A stretch of 64,000 bases of DNA from Chiloscyllium plagiosum (GCF_004010195.1 NC_057718.1:40254101-40318100), one strand, 5' to 3'. Shown: positions 24,598 through 37,884, counted from the first letter of the stretch. Numbers and translations are program-made. The notes: generated by a model from the letters alone, not told the origin.

Positions 24598-26077
24598 TGG
24601 TGTAGCCATGGGCACCCGCATGGGCCCCAGCTATGCCTGCCTCTTCGTAGGATATGTGGAACAGTCCATCTTCCGCAACTACACTGGCCCCACCCCCCAC
24701 CTTTTCCTCCGCTACATCGATGACTGTATCGGCGCCGCCTCGTGCTCCCACGAGGAGGTTGAACAGTTCATCCACTTCGCCAACACCTTCCACCTCGACC
24801 TCAAATTCACCTGGACAGTCTCAGATTCCTCCCTCCCCTTCCTCGACCTTTCTATTTCTATCTCAGGCGACCAAATCAACACTGACATCTACTACAAACC
24901 GACCGACTCCCACAGCTACCTGGACTACATCTCCTCCCACCCTGCCCCCTGTAAAAACGCTATCCCATTCTCCCAATTCCTTCGACTCCGCCGCATCTGC
25001 TCCCAGGAGGACCAGTTCCAAAAACGTACAACCCAGATGGCCTCCTTCTTCAAGGTCCGCAATTTCCCCCACGACGTGGTCGACGATGCCCTCCACCGCA
25101 TCTCTTCCACTTCCCGCTCCTCCGCCCTTGAGCCCTGCCTCTCCAACCGCTACCAGGACAGAACCCCACTGGTCCTCACCTACCACCCCACCAATCTCCA
25201 TGTACAGCGCATCATCCGCCGTCATTTCCGCCACCTCCAAACGGACCCACCACCAATGATATATTTCCCTCCCCTCCCCTATCAGCATTCCGTAAAGACC
25301 ACTCCCTCCGGGACTTCCTCGTCAGATCCACACCCCCCACCAACCCAACCTCCACTCCCCGCACCTTCCCCTGCAACCGCAGGAGGTGCAAGACTTCCGC
25401 CCACACCTCCCCTCTCCCCTCCCTCCAAGGCCCCAAAGGAAACTCCCATATCCGCCACAGATTCACCTGCACCTCCACACAATCATCTATTGCATCCTCT
25501 GCACCCGATGTGGCCTCCTCTATATTGGGGAGACAGACCGCCTACTTGCGGAGCGTTTCAGAGAACACCTCTAGGACACCCGGACCAACCAACCCAACCA
25601 CCCTGTAGCTCAACATTTCAATTCCCCCTCCCACTCCACCAAGGATATGCAGGTCTTTGGACTCCTCCATCGTCAGACCACAACAAAACGACGGTTGGAG
25701 GAAGAACACCTCATCTTCCGGCTAGGAACCTTCCAACCACAAGGGATGAACTCGGATTTCACAAGTTTCCTCATTTCCCCTCCCCCCAGCCTGTCTCAGT
25801 CAAATCCATCAAATTCAGCACCGCCTTCCTAACCTGAGATCTTCTTCCCGACCTCTCCGCCCCCACCCCAGTCTGACCTATCACCCTCACCTTGACCTCT
25901 TTCCACCTATCACATTTCCGACGCTCCTCCCCCAAGTCCCTCCTCCCTACCTTTTATCTTAGCCTGCTGGACAAACTTTCCTCATTCCTGAAGAAGGGCT
26001 TATGCCCGAAATGTCGATTCTCCTGTTCCCTGGATGCTGCCTGACCTGCTGCGCTTTTCCAGCAACACATTTTCAGC
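24598..26077 (+). mobile_element. 5'-truncated Penelope-like element (family A): RT, GIY-YIG endonuclease and hammerhead-containing terminus; frameshifted
   Basis: GVAMGTRMGPSYACLFVG...LRYIDDC...LPFLD; IIYCILCTRCGLLYIGETDRLLAERFREHL; frameshift near 25250 and stop at 25572-25574. Confidence 0.95.
25984..26019 (+). ncRNA. Minimal type-I hammerhead ribozyme motif (family A; stem-III C changed to T)
   Basis: ATTC-CTGAAGA-A-GGGC ttat GCCC-GAAA-T-GTC-GATT. Confidence 0.6.
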
Positions 26078-26251
26078 AACAATCTTAGTCAATTGTCGCA
26101 GTGTTGAAAGAATTTTAACACATAAAAATGATTGACATGCTGAAGGATTTAAAATGCATGAAAAATCAGTGGTGTCTTCATTCCCTCTACAACTTTTTTC
26201 CAAGTTCGTATCTGGTCTAACTAAGTTTCTTGTACATACTTACTTTGTCTG

Positions 26252-27410
26252 TGAATAGAAAGCAGACCACAGTGACAATTGAGCAGAAAAGCGAGAGTTC
26301 ATAGCATCTGGATCGTGATGAAAAGGCATCGAAGATTACACAGGAGTACAACATTGGAATAGTGACAGTGTCTGACATCAGGAAAGCAAGACCGGTGATT
26401 GAAAAATTCATCAGCCAAAGTGACCCTGCAAATGCTCTAAAAAAAAATCCATGAAGCCAGCAAAGGATGAGCAACTCGATCAAGCTGTACTTTTGTGGTT
26501 TTCACAGCAGAGTGAAAAGGGAATTCCTGTGTCTGGCCTGATGATACTAGAGAAAGCTGCCAGTTTCCATGAATGACTCCACACCGGTGAGTCTGATCAC
26601 AGCATACCATTGGGCTGGTTACAGCACTTCAAACATCGTCATGGCATTAGGCAACTCTGCGTTCTTGGAGAGCAGAAGTCTGTGGATGCCAGCACCGTGG
26701 AAGGCTACAGACAGAAACTGCAATCCATCATTCTTGAAGGAAACTATGAACTTGAGCAATAAGACACTGCTGATGAAAGTGGATTGCTTTGGCGTGCACT
26801 GCCGGATGAAACACTTGCATCCACCACAGAAAAGCAGGTGTTGGGACATAAAGTGCAGAAGGATTGCATCACGATTTTCCATTGTGTCAATGCCACCGGC
26901 ACTCATAAATTACCGCTTGTCTACATTGGGCGATGTGCTAATCCACGTTGCTTCATGAACTAGTTTCCTGTGAAGTACAAAGCATAAAATAAGACATGGA
27001 TGTCATATCCACGTTTCTCATCCTGGTTCTATGAAGGTTTTGTACCTGCTGTCAATCACATTTGGCAAGCGCTAGACTTGAGCAACGAACCCTTTTGTTT
27101 GTTGACAACGCGGGGGCACACACTGTGAAAGGCAGCCAGTTAGAATCAGCAGGTGGACCCATCAAGTGTTAGTTTTTACCACTCAACACCACTTCAAGGT
27201 TACAGCTGCGTGATCAGGGAATCATTGCAATTATGAAAAAATATTATCGCCGTAACATGTTGCATGCCATCCTGGATGAAGACAATGCAGAGAAAAGACT
27301 CCAGGAAATGATGAAAGTATTCACAGTCAAGGACGCTGTGTTCATGATTGCTGAATCTTGGGACCACATCAAACCATCGACAACTGCAGAGTGTTTGTAC
27401 AATGATTTGC
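26252..27410 (+). pseudogene. Tigger/Jerky-like (CENP-B HTH plus DDE) transposase, multiple stops and frameshifts
   Basis: Manual translation gives EQLDQAVLLWF...GIPVSG, GWLQHFKHRHGIRQL, DESGLLWRALP, NATGTHKLPL, VDNAGAH, FLPLNTTSRLQLRDQGIIAIMKKYYRR. Confidence 0.9.
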
Positions 27411-28457
27411 GTGTTGGGAGCCGTGCCAGTGAAGAGGACACCCGTCCAGAACAAAGGCTAACCACAGACATCACTGAAAATTGCAGACAGTTGGGTTTAG
27501 GAGATTTTTGTAGAGACTGAGATCAATGCTTGGGTGAACTGTGACAATGACATCGGAACCGAGACACTCGGTGATGATCAGGTAGTTAACGTAAGTCCCA
27601 CAAGAACAGCAAGGAAAGTGTGGACGGTGTGGATGGTAAGGAAAATCTGATACCAACACCACCTCCAGTCCCCGTTAACGAAGCTGTTGACAGTTTGTGA
27701 CTTTTCATGGAGTGTTATGAAACTCAAGACCAAGTCGACGCTGTTAAGTTGATGCATCTTCACCAAATGTTATCATTCACAAGAAAAAAAGAGACAGCAG
27801 CACCTCAACAGCTGCTGGATATTTTCTTTGGAATTAATAACTAACGTCCACCTCAATGAATTCTATTTACTGTACAGATAGACAAAAAGTGATCTGGTTT
27901 GTAAAATGTCATGGATTTTTAAGCGATATCCTGTGTTCGTATAAATAATAGCGATTGAATGAAATAAAAAGTCTGTAAACATGCTCTGTGCATTGTGGCT
28001 TCCTTTGTTTAAGGTCAAATCAATTAACTGAATACTCAATTATTCGAATGAAAACCTGTCTGCCCATTGACTTTGGATAATCGAGGTTCCTCTGTATGTG
28101 CAAAATTTGTGAAGAAACATTTCACATTAAGGGAGAGGAGCGTTTGTGGCAGCAAATAAAGATTTATCTCTTTCAGCAGCAGTTACTTCTACTGTTCAAA
28201 ATACACTATTGCAAATGCAGACCAGATGAATTGAATGTTGACGTTCAGAATTAATATTTAAGTTTCTGTAGTTTCCTTTGTGTAATCATTAGCCATTTCC
28301 ATAGATGTTTATTTAAAACAAAATCATTATCTTAATGAACTAAGTTTGGTATTATTTATGAACAAGATTTCCTTATTCTTATGTTGAACTTTAATTCTCA
28401 TGTGAAACTGGATGCTTAATATAAAGCTGAGAATTAGAATTTTTGTTATTCTTGTAG

Positions 28458-28542
28458 GTGTATTACTAACTGTGGAACATGTAAAAAACTCTGTCAATGT
28501 GTTGGTTGAAGAGGGTAAAGAGAATGTGCTGCAGATTTCTGA
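28458..28542 (+). CDS. EPRS1: EPRS1 exon 2 (GVLLTVEHVKNSVNVLVEEGKENVLQISE)
   Basis: tgtag|GT...GA|gtaagt; 85 nt; similar to human [28 protein letters not shown]. Confidence 0.95.
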
Positions 28543-29379
28543 GTAAGTATTCTCCGTTGCTTCTGTTGCTCTTATTTTAACTGAGAGAGCCTGGCTCTTT
28601 AAACATGGGTTAGTCATCACTTCAGAGTGATAGTCAATATTTAATTCTTCTGGAAATTATGGATTACTGCCTACAAAATTTCAACATTTGAAACATTGGT
28701 AACCACAGACTCTGATATGCTTAACTCTTCTATACCCTGTGAAATAGCCTGGGAACCCTCTATTTTCAACAATGCAACTCCCTGCTATCTTCATGAGGGC
28801 CATTAGGAATGGGTAATAAAACTGACCTTGCTGGCCACAGCCACATTCCTAACAAAAATCAGTTGACAGCCTTAAATCATCATGCTGTGTACGTTCTTGC
28901 TGTCTTTGCCTTCGTGCTTACCAAAGCTCGTACAAAAGACTGCTCAAAATCTGTGTCCATGTCTGTGCTTGGGCCATAGTTCCAATTTTGTTTTACTACT
29001 CCCTGCTTCTGCGATGCATCTTGAGATGTTTTATGCAAAATGTGTTCCACAGATGTGAGCTGTTCTAAATGCTGATGATTGCATCTTTGAGGGACTAATC
29101 ATTACGATGATTATCATTTATCATTTATCATTTTTTGGAATCTAGAATTACTGACTTGGTAATATTATCATCCAGGACTTTAATGAGCCAATTGACAACC
29201 AAAAGCTTTATGGTCACTTTGTTTTTCTTTTTATTGATAGAAGCTTTTTAGTTCCAAACTTTTTAACTGGAAATAGAATTCTCAAATCACTGTTGTGGAG
29301 TTGAAATTTGTGCTTCCTGATTTGTTATTCCAGGAACATAACCAGTACATTAGTTCACCTTTTTAATTTTACTGTGAAG

Positions 29380-29960
29380 TTGATGACAAGTAGTAGACTA
29401 CCACAAATGGAATCATGGGACACAGCATTGGAGATGTGCTGGCCAATGGGCATATAGGAATTATGAATTCCATTATGATGGAAAGTGCATGGGGTAATTG
29501 GCCATTAAGATGGAAGGTGCTGTGGTTTAATCTGTCAGGTCAAATTGGTGCAAAAGTGAGACACAAACCAAATTGAAAAGGGGAAACTGTCATTTCCAAA
29601 TGGATTGATAGAACATGTATCAGTGTAAGTGGCAGCAGGGAGGTAATGGCCTTGAGTTTTGTAGCTGGAAGAAATGAACAGTGAGGACTTTATGTTCATT
29701 GTTAAGAATTGAGTGCTCAAACGAGTGTTTGAGTGCTGTAGCTGTAAGGGAGCAGATTTAGATGACAATCTTGAGATCAGATTCATATGATGACCCATAA
29801 TAGTTTGGCAGAAAATATCATGATTATGTCTTCTATCAATAATGTCTCATGGAGCAAAAGAATAAATAGACCATGTATTGGTCAGATCCTGTATTTCAGT
29901 GGATGTGTTCAGGTGAGGTTATTGGTTTGGGATCACCTTTTTTTGGAAGATTCCAAAAGT
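29380..29960 (-). mobile_element. Degraded L2-type LINE fragment
   Basis: Purine-rich + strand consistent with an antisense L2 ORF2/3' region; boundaries approximate. Confidence 0.4.
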
Positions 29961-30017
29961 AGATGCATGAGAGGCAGTGGAGGAGCATCGAACAACGCTA
30001 GGTACACATATAGGTAA

Positions 30018-30510
30018 GTTGAAACTTTATTGCTGGAACAGCACAGCAGGTCAGGCAGCATCCAGGGAACAGGAGATTCGACGTTTCGGGCACAGGCCCT
30101 TCTTCAGGAATGAGCAGAGAGTGTTCAGCAGGAGAAGATAAAAGGTAGGGAGGAGGGACTTGGAGGAGGGGCGTGGGAAATGTGATAGGTGGAAAGAGGT
30201 CAAGGTGAGGGTGATAGGTCGGAGTAGGATGGAGGCGGAGAGGACAAGAAGAAGACTGCAGGACAGGAAGGCGGTGCCGGGCGGGAGGGACCCGGCTGAG
30301 ACAAGGTGGGGGGAGGGGGGATGAAGAAACTGGTGAAGTCCAAGTTCATCCCCTGTGGTTGGAGGGCTCCCAGTCGGAAGATAAGACGCTCCTCCTCCGA
30401 CCGTCGCGTTGTTGTGGTTTGGCGGTGGATGAGTCCAATGACCTGCATATCCTCGGTGGAGTGGGAGGGGGAGTTGAAATGCTGTGCCACAGGTTGGTGG
30501 GGTTGGTTCG
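30018..30510 (-). mobile_element. Penelope-like family A 3' fragment (end of GIY-YIG plus terminus), young
   Basis: Minus ORF PVAQHFNSPSHSTEDMQVIGL...EERLIFRLGALQPQGMN; terminus nearly identical to the left arm at 39460-39551. Confidence 0.92.
30076..30111 (-). ncRNA. Intact minimal type-I hammerhead ribozyme motif (family A)
   Basis: Minus strand ATTC-CTGAAGA-A-GGGC ctgt GCCC-GAAAC-GTC-GAAT: stem I ATTC/GAAT, loopless palindromic stem III (ACGT), GUC cleavage triplet. Confidence 0.75.
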
Positions 30511-30511
30511 A

Positions 30512-30950
30512 TGGGGTGTACAAAGTTAAAAATCACACAACACCAGGTGATAGTCCAACAGGTTTCATTGGAAGCACTCGAGCTTTCGCAGCATCGCTCC
30601 TTCATCAGGTGATAGTGGAGGGCTCAATCCTAACACAGAATTTATAGGACAAATTTGCAGTGTGATGTAACTGAAATTATATATTGAAAATTTGATTGTT
30701 AGCCTTTCATATGTTAGAATACCATGATAGTTTAATTTCTTTCATATGAAAATCACAAAACCTTTTTTTTTAAAGTTGCATTCTCAGGTTAACTGCTAAC
30801 AAGAGCTCGACAATATGGTGACGGTGTTGCCTCCCTGTGTTCTCTCTCTATGCCATGATGTTTAGATTGATTCTCATCTAAAAGTGAGATAACGGAGTTT
30901 TACATGACTTCATGCAGTTTTTGAGCTCACAGTGCTACAGGAATGCATGC
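30512..30950 (-). mobile_element. Penelope-like family B 3' fragment with hammerhead motif at 30575-30611
   Basis: Minus strand CAC-CTGATGA-A-GGAGC gat GCTGC-GAAAGCTC-GAGTG; terminus shared with 1253-1335. Confidence 0.7.
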
Positions 30951-31069
30951 AGTTCGGACCTTCATCCCTCGACGTTGTGCCATTTATCTTCTCTAAGATC
31001 AGACTAACCTACATGCTTCCATTTACTTTGTTCCATGTGCCTATCTAAGAGTCTCTTAAGTTTCTCTCA

Positions 31070-31217
31070 CGGAAAAGGTGGGGGGGTGCGGCCAGTGTTT
31101 TTGCGGAAGATGGATTGTTCCACATACCCTACGAAGAGGCAGGCATAGCTGGGGCCCATGCGGGTGCCCATGGCTACTCCTTTTGTTTGGAGAAAGTGGG
31201 AGGATTGGAAAGAAAAG
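31070..31217 (-). mobile_element. Isolated Penelope family A RT fragment
   Basis: Reverse complement encodes SSHFLQTKGVAMGTRMGPSYACLFVGYVEQSIFR, near-identical to 24601-24680. Confidence 0.9.
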
Positions 31218-31762
31218 TGCCATGCCTCTAGGAATTCCCTGGCTGTTCTCTCTTTGGCTTGTCCTATAATAGTAGTGTTGTCCCAGTCGAATTCATATTG
31301 CTTGTCATCTGCATGTGTGGCTACTAAGGATAGCTGGTCGTGTCATTTTGTGGCTAGTTGGTGTTCATTGATGCGGATCGTTAGCTGTCTTCCTGTTTGT
31401 CCTATGTAGTGTTTTGTGCAGTCCTTGCATGGGATTTTGTACACTACATTGGTTTTGCTCATGCTGGGTAACAGAACAGCCAGGGATTTCCTAGCGGCAT
31501 GGCACTCATCCACAGATTCAATCAATAAGCACATTGACCTGGACCCAATATACCGACCACTGCAACGGACAGCTGGAACTGACAACCAGAAGCGGCAGAT
31601 TCAAATGGCGGAGGAAAGATCACAGAAGCGCTTCACAGGAGGCTCCCAAGCACTGAGGATGTCACCTAGACAGGGGACAAAACGTCTGCAACACAAATTC
31701 CCAGCTCGGCGAACAGAACCACAACAATGAGCACCTGAGCTACAAATCTTCTCTCAAACTTT
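31218..31762 (+). mobile_element. Penelope-like family C fragment with 5' inversion (31218-31470 minus, 31471-31762 plus) and hammerhead motif at 31650-31689
   Basis: Minus part TNVVYKIPCKDCTKHYIGQTGRQLTIRINEHQ (GIY-YIG); plus part GCA-CTGAGGA-T-GTC...GAC-AAAAC-GTC-TGC. Confidence 0.85.
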
Positions 31763-31766
31763 GGCC

Positions 31767-31902
31767 TAGCACTGTTGCCTCGCAGCGCCAGAGACCCGGG
31801 TTCAATTCCCGCCTCAGGCAACTGTATGGAGTTTGCACATTTTCCCCGTGTCTGCGTGGGTTCCTCCCACAGACCAAAGATGTGCAGGTTAGGTGAATTG
31901 GC
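31767..31902 (+). mobile_element. HE1-like V-SINE fragment
   Basis: tagcactgttgcctcgcagcgccagagacccgggttcaattcc...ggagtttgcac. Confidence 0.8.
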
Positions 31903-32476
31903 GTATGTCTAAGCATTATTTCACAGGTCAAGCATGACCTTGGTCCTTGGTGTTCCAGTTGATGAAATTTGGACAACAATTTTGTATTTAAATTTCTTTT
32001 CATTTTTGTCCTGTTTGAATTTTCTAGATCTTAAAGTTTGGAAAGAACTAATCTTGGTATAATTACTTGGTCAGTAAATCCAAAATCAGAGTACCAAGTT
32101 ATGTTATGAAAACTAACAGGAGCATCAGTCTCAAAAAATGCACTTTACAGACTTCATGCGGCCAAATGATACAAAGTTTGAACACTATTGCTCTGTAGCT
32201 ACTGGACAGTTTGACTTTCAGAAATGCAATTTGACTTGATGTACTCATGAAATACCAAACCATTATAATCTTTTTATACTTTTCCCTTACTATTGATATT
32301 ATCTGTACTCAAATGGTCTTAACCAGATTATGCACATGCGAAGAATGTGTCATTCATGTCTGTCAGGGAATATGAAAATAGCAAATTATTTATATTTTAC
32401 ATTTTTAATGATTTATGATAAAAACTTATTGATTCCTGTGAAGTTATTGTAGTGTAATCTACTTTCAATTTTACAG

Positions 32477-32576
32477 AGACATTGTATTTAATGATGTGAA
32501 TTCCATCGTTCGCTACCTGGCTCGGGTAGATACAGAAAATAAGCTCTATGGATGTAATCTACTAGAACAAACTGAG
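32477..32576 (+). CDS. EPRS1: EPRS1 exon 3 ([33 protein letters not shown])
   Basis: ttacag|A...GAG|gtaaga; 100 nt; GST-like domain NSIxRYLAR motif. Confidence 0.96.
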
Positions 32577-35500
32577 GTAAGAGTTTGAGCATCTGTAGGA
32601 CAACATATTAGTCTTAGCAATGGACAGGTATAATCATCACGAGCAGTATTTTTAATGGAAATATCTGCCTTTAAGAATAAGATATCTGATAGCTACATGA
32701 GTCTTGAATTTCAGCAGGTCATGGTTGCTGGCTAATTGTTGCTTGTATTTTCATAAGAGAATTCAATCAATGTTTAATTGGGTGTGTTGTTTTAACTGTC
32801 CTGTCTCAGGTAGAAGTAAATGACTTCTCTTGTCTTTTAGCACTTTGATTTGGTTTGTAGATGACAAAATAATTGAGATAGTTAACAGTACCACAATGTC
32901 TAGTTTCCATTGCCAACCGTATTGTCGAAGTGACCATTTAAATTTGTCTGCATTATTAGTTTTTTTGTATGTCTGATTCTGTGGATTCTAATATTTTTAT
33001 TCTAATAAATTCTATAGAAAATATTTAGTGTTTTTTTTTCTTGATCAAAACATATGACTAAACTTTCACTCAACAATCTTAACTAATCGTTGCTGATGGA
33101 AGACCATTTTGACCCTTACCTAACAGGCTAGACACTGACCACCCACCAGCAGCAGTAATGGGACAGAAGTAAAAGCCCAAGTCCCACAAATCTATATGTA
33201 AGATCAGAGTAAATTCACTAATTTTAAATTAATTAATTCTATGGAACTGTGGAAAGCCAATTAAAATCATGTCATTTCCCTAGAAGTTGAAGGGAAAATA
33301 AAAGACTAATAATCTTGATTTAAACTCTTAGTTGAAAATAGAGCTAGCAATTAACCATCTGACTGGTACTTCTGGCTGGTATGAATCACTTATGAATACA
33401 TGCCTTTATTTCTGTGGAAACTCTGTGACCAATTAGATTTGATAATTTTTTATTTCTCGCCCACGGCAGCCTTATCCTGACTGTTCTGTGGCTGTCGATT
33501 TGCTTCGATGATCACCAGGTTTTTGCTTTACATGGTATCTTCCCACTCAACAAATACTCCCAGTGAGCCTGACTATTGGAGTTTATATTTTATCATTACT
33601 CTTTCTATCGATACAATGTTGACATGCTAATCATGATCCTCAGGCTATATCTGTTTCCTTTCTCACTCTTTACATTTTCCCATACCACTCCCCTGACATC
33701 ACATCACCATGTTATGATACCACACCATGTTATGCTGTTGTCAGTTTCTCTTGCTGCAAGTTTCTTTCCCCTTGAAAGTTTGAGTCAAGAATCTGTAATG
33801 AAAAAGATTCACCTGATTTCTTTTTCTCTGGAACACTCTCCCTGGATCAGAGAGGAACATGAGCCAACTCCCTTCCCAGCAGCTCTAATTCTTTGACTTA
33901 GATATTTTCTAAAGTTTTGGAAGTTGTTGTTAGAGCTCACTTTCTTTTAAGTACTCTTTTAATGCATAATCACTCGTATGCTTTTAGGCATGCAGGTGGC
34001 TCTGATCTTATTACTTATGTTGTCCACTTCCAGAACTCTGAACAGTGAATTACTGACATTTCCTTGTCAACACCTCTCTTTGCTCATTCCTGATCTTTTA
34101 GTTTCACTTGCTTTTGGAATATGAGTGTCACTGACAAAGCAAGCACATATTGCTTATCATTGACTTTGGTTATGTGACTGAGCTGCCTTTCTTAAACAGC
34201 TGCCATCCTTGTGATTCAGGTGCTGTCACAGTTCTGAGAGAGAGATGCAGAATTTTGACCTAAAAATGTCTGATATTCAATATTGTATTAGTTAAAATTT
34301 TTCCTTGAGAATATTAGGAAGCCTGAAGCTATTGTTCCTGGTTACTCATTCCTATTCACTGATGCTATGTATCCCCCAGACTCTGTGGTGAGCTGAGCAA
34401 GACTGTTAGAATCTGGCCCTGAACTGAAGTTCTAACTCCTTATCCTCTCTAACATCAAAGCTGACTACTTGCACCTTCATAACGTTGCCCATTTCTATCC
34501 ATGTCTTGGCAGCTTTGCTTAAACTCATTTCTGTGCCTTTTGTTCTTACTATTTCTGACTTCCAAAGTATTCCTATGTAACACAATATAATTCCTTCAAG
34601 TTATCTCGGACTGAGTGTGATAAATTGATGAGTTAATATAAGGAAATTGACATGGGAAGTGGAAATAATTTTACTGTACTGAACTACTGAAAATGCATCC
34701 ATGTCAAGATGTGAATTTTAAATATTTGACATCGGTGAAAGCTAAAAAGTGTAAATCATATGCAAATATTTTTAAACAACGTCTGCAAGAATCTAAGCAC
34801 CCAACATTTGATCTGATTACTGCATAATTGTTAATTTTTTTCTATTTTGTTAACTTAATTTTTGTCTGTTTAAAGAAATCCAGAAGCATCAATATTTGTA
34901 AATCCATTGAACCCCTTCTGTAAACACAGCAACCCATTTCTATAGTTTTTGAGATTCCAATAGGCTAAGGCTGTCAATCTATATGATTTAATTGGAGATA
35001 TCAGCAGTGTGAATTCAATATGAAGTATAATTTCAATTTGAACCAATTGATGATTAAAATTAAAAAAAACACACTATATTTTGTGAGCTTCATTCTGATC
35101 TTATTCTTAGAAATTGCACATGTTCTTACGTTTTTGAAGATTAGTTTCTTCAAATATAAGCTTTAATCAAGACCTAAAGGTCTATAGTGTTAAAAACCTT
35201 GGTATTTAAACAATAGTGAATTCTGTAGATTTAAATTCATGCATTCGAACATTGTCTTGGCTCTCAGAATGCTTGAAGTGGTGGTGAGGATTTTTACGGT
35301 ATTTGTTTTATTGCATGTAATTTACATCTGTCACCCACTAAATGACTTTTATTGTTTGGAACTATTGTGAATCTAAAGAATTGAGGACATGTACATTGAA
35401 TTTGGGCCCTGCTGCCACGTCAGCTTGTCTTTTTGTAAAATTCTGTAACTCTACACCATTTGGGACAGATGGAAGTAATTTTTGTGCCACTGTTTTTTTT

Positions 35501-36869
35501 ACCTTACTGATATAGTGGATTTAGAATGTTCAAGTTAGAAAGTTAATTATCTGCAATGAATTATTTTGAGTTTTTGCTTTACATTTAAATGTTTGCAATT
35601 CTCAGGACTTTTGGAAAGAGAATTCAGAAATTTCTGTAGGAAAACAAACTTAAATTTCATAGTAACTTCTATGTTAGTGCCTATTCTTTTTATCATCCCC
35701 ATCTACCAGCCTCAGCCACAATTTCATTTTGTCCTTTTTCTAAAGGCATTAACGTTTTGGGAGTACAGTTTCAATTGCCTTTGTTGGTTACCTTGTTAAA
35801 TGGTTATTGCTCATGAGTAAGCTTTGAATAAAGAGTGTAGGATAGCTCTTTGATGCCTTAGCTGAAGGTTCTTGGATCCATATCCCATTGTAAAGTCCCA
35901 GTTGCTGGGGAGAAAGTTACTTGAGGTTGGAAAAATACAGTTCTTCCTTCCTTGCAATAAACAGTTAATGTAGTGGAAGAAGAAAATGCCTGCAATTTAA
36001 AGTCAAGTTTTCTGTTTATAATAAGGCTTTCAGAAAAGCAAAATAGTAAACATGATTTTGCTTGGCAGTTCATTAGGGGTTGAGTGAAATATTAGAGTTG
36101 GGATCCAAAATCTTTCGAAAATGATCACTTAAATAGTGAGTTATTCCCAATTATATCCAGGTTATGATGAGTTTGGAGTGAATGTTTAGAACTGTGCAAT
36201 GCTGGAATAATTACAGGTCCCTGTGAAAGGACATGCATGAATTGACACTGAATCATTTGTGTGTATGCATAAGATAGAGCGATTGGATATGGTATTAAAA
36301 CATATCGACTTGTATATTTTGTCTGACATTCTTAAGGATGTGACTTTAGTGACAGTATTGTCTGCATGTTAAAGGACATGCATTTTCCTAACTATGCAAT
36401 CCAGATTTTTAGTAACCTAACTTTCCATAATCTCTTATGGTGTTAACATTTATGTAATGATTTTTAAAAATAAATTTCTGAAAGCCAGTTGCAAGTTGCA
36501 AGACTAATTGACATATTTATTACTAATTTGTATTAGGTAGGATTCTAATTTTATTTTGAGATTAGAGTCAAAGTATTTGGTTTTTATGAAACAAAATTAA
36601 AACATCAACTTTTTAAAAGACACTTAAGTAATGCAAACTTTATAGCATACTACAAAGTAATAGGATTCCTGCTTTCGTCATTTATTTTGCAGTGTTGTCA
36701 TAGCAACAAGAATTATCTTTTGATAAATGTCATGAACCAAGGATTACTTGCCTTTAATAAAAACTTGCATTAAATCACTTGCATTACCTTTTAACATTGT
36801 ACCTGTGTGGATATTGCTACTATCAAATTAATAACTTTGAACTTTTTGCGATAATCCTTCTGTTGGCAG

Positions 36870-37026
36870 GTGGACCATTGGTTGGAGTTCAGCAAAACAA
36901 GGTTGGCAAGTTCTGCTGTGTTCCCTGCAGCAATACAAGAGCTGAATTATGCACTTTCTCTCAGGACATTCCTGGTTGGACATGAATTGACACTGGCTGA
37001 TCTCTGTGTATGGGCAGCATTGAAAG
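36870..37026 (+). CDS. EPRS1: EPRS1 exon 4 (VDHWLEFS...[22 protein letters not shown])
   Basis: ggcag|GTG...AAAG|gttggc; 157 nt; GST-C-like motif. Confidence 0.96.
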
Positions 37027-37884
37027 GTTGGCAAAAGAATCGTGTTATTTAAAATGGAGTTGCTTTTGTAAATGGCGTCTCTGCTGTGTTATGGAGGATG
37101 CTATTTTAGCCTGAATTTTGAAGCTAAAAATATAAATTCTTGATGAAGTAATTACATTGAAAAATGATCTAACTTCATTTGAGAAAATAATCATATTTTT
37201 ACAGACATGACTTCACAGTGCCATTTAATTTGCTTGGACTACAATAATAAGACTTGGAAATCTTTAAAGTAATTGAAAACTAACATCTGTGATGAACAGA
37301 CTATCTTGGTCAGCCATATAATATGATAGTGAAAGTAGTAGAGAAAACTGACTTGCCTTTTATTAAGGTCCTTTAATTTGGAAAAATACCCAACAAACTT
37401 TAATTGGCATTACTTATTAATACTTGTGAATCAGATCATAATTCTATTGGAATTGTCAGTTTAAGGTTGCAAGTGGTTTATTGTATATTTCAAAGCTTGT
37501 GTTTCGGAATATTTACGTTATTTCAAGACTGGAAGTTGGTTTAATCTGTACCTTAGTTCGGTGTTTAGTATGGTGCTATAGTTTCCACTCTGCATAGTCA
37601 GGAAAATGTCAAAATATCACTTCTTATCCAGTTCTGCTCTTGTGTTACTCTGTCCGGCTTGTCACTGTCCTTATCAATTGGGTGACGAAATATAGTGAAT
37701 TTCTGCTGAGTTTCTTTTTTGCATCCTGAAAGTAAAAGTCTATTGATGTCCACTGGACATACAAAAACACTTCGTAACCAATTAATTACTATTGAGATCA
37801 TCATTGGTGTAATTTAGGAAAAACAACAGTCAATTTGACATAGCACAACCCAATTAGAAGCTAAATGTGAACATACTCAGTTTG

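Larger units (their letters stand above)
24250..28094 (+). mobile_element. Tigger/pogo-family DNA transposon (about 2.4 kb without the nested Penelope); left TIR degenerate
   Basis: Right end ggataatcgaggttcctctg|TA (28094); left end attatccgaacaggatc resembles the MITE left end; transposase remnant inside. Confidence 0.8.

Noticed and set aside
24551..25837. 428-aa ORF as an intact RT gene, or a novel RT-nuclease system such as a retron or defence RT
   Set aside because: It is a 5'-truncated Penelope ORF. The start comes from flanking Tigger DNA, the frame leaves the true protein near 25250, and the GIY-YIG part has a stop.
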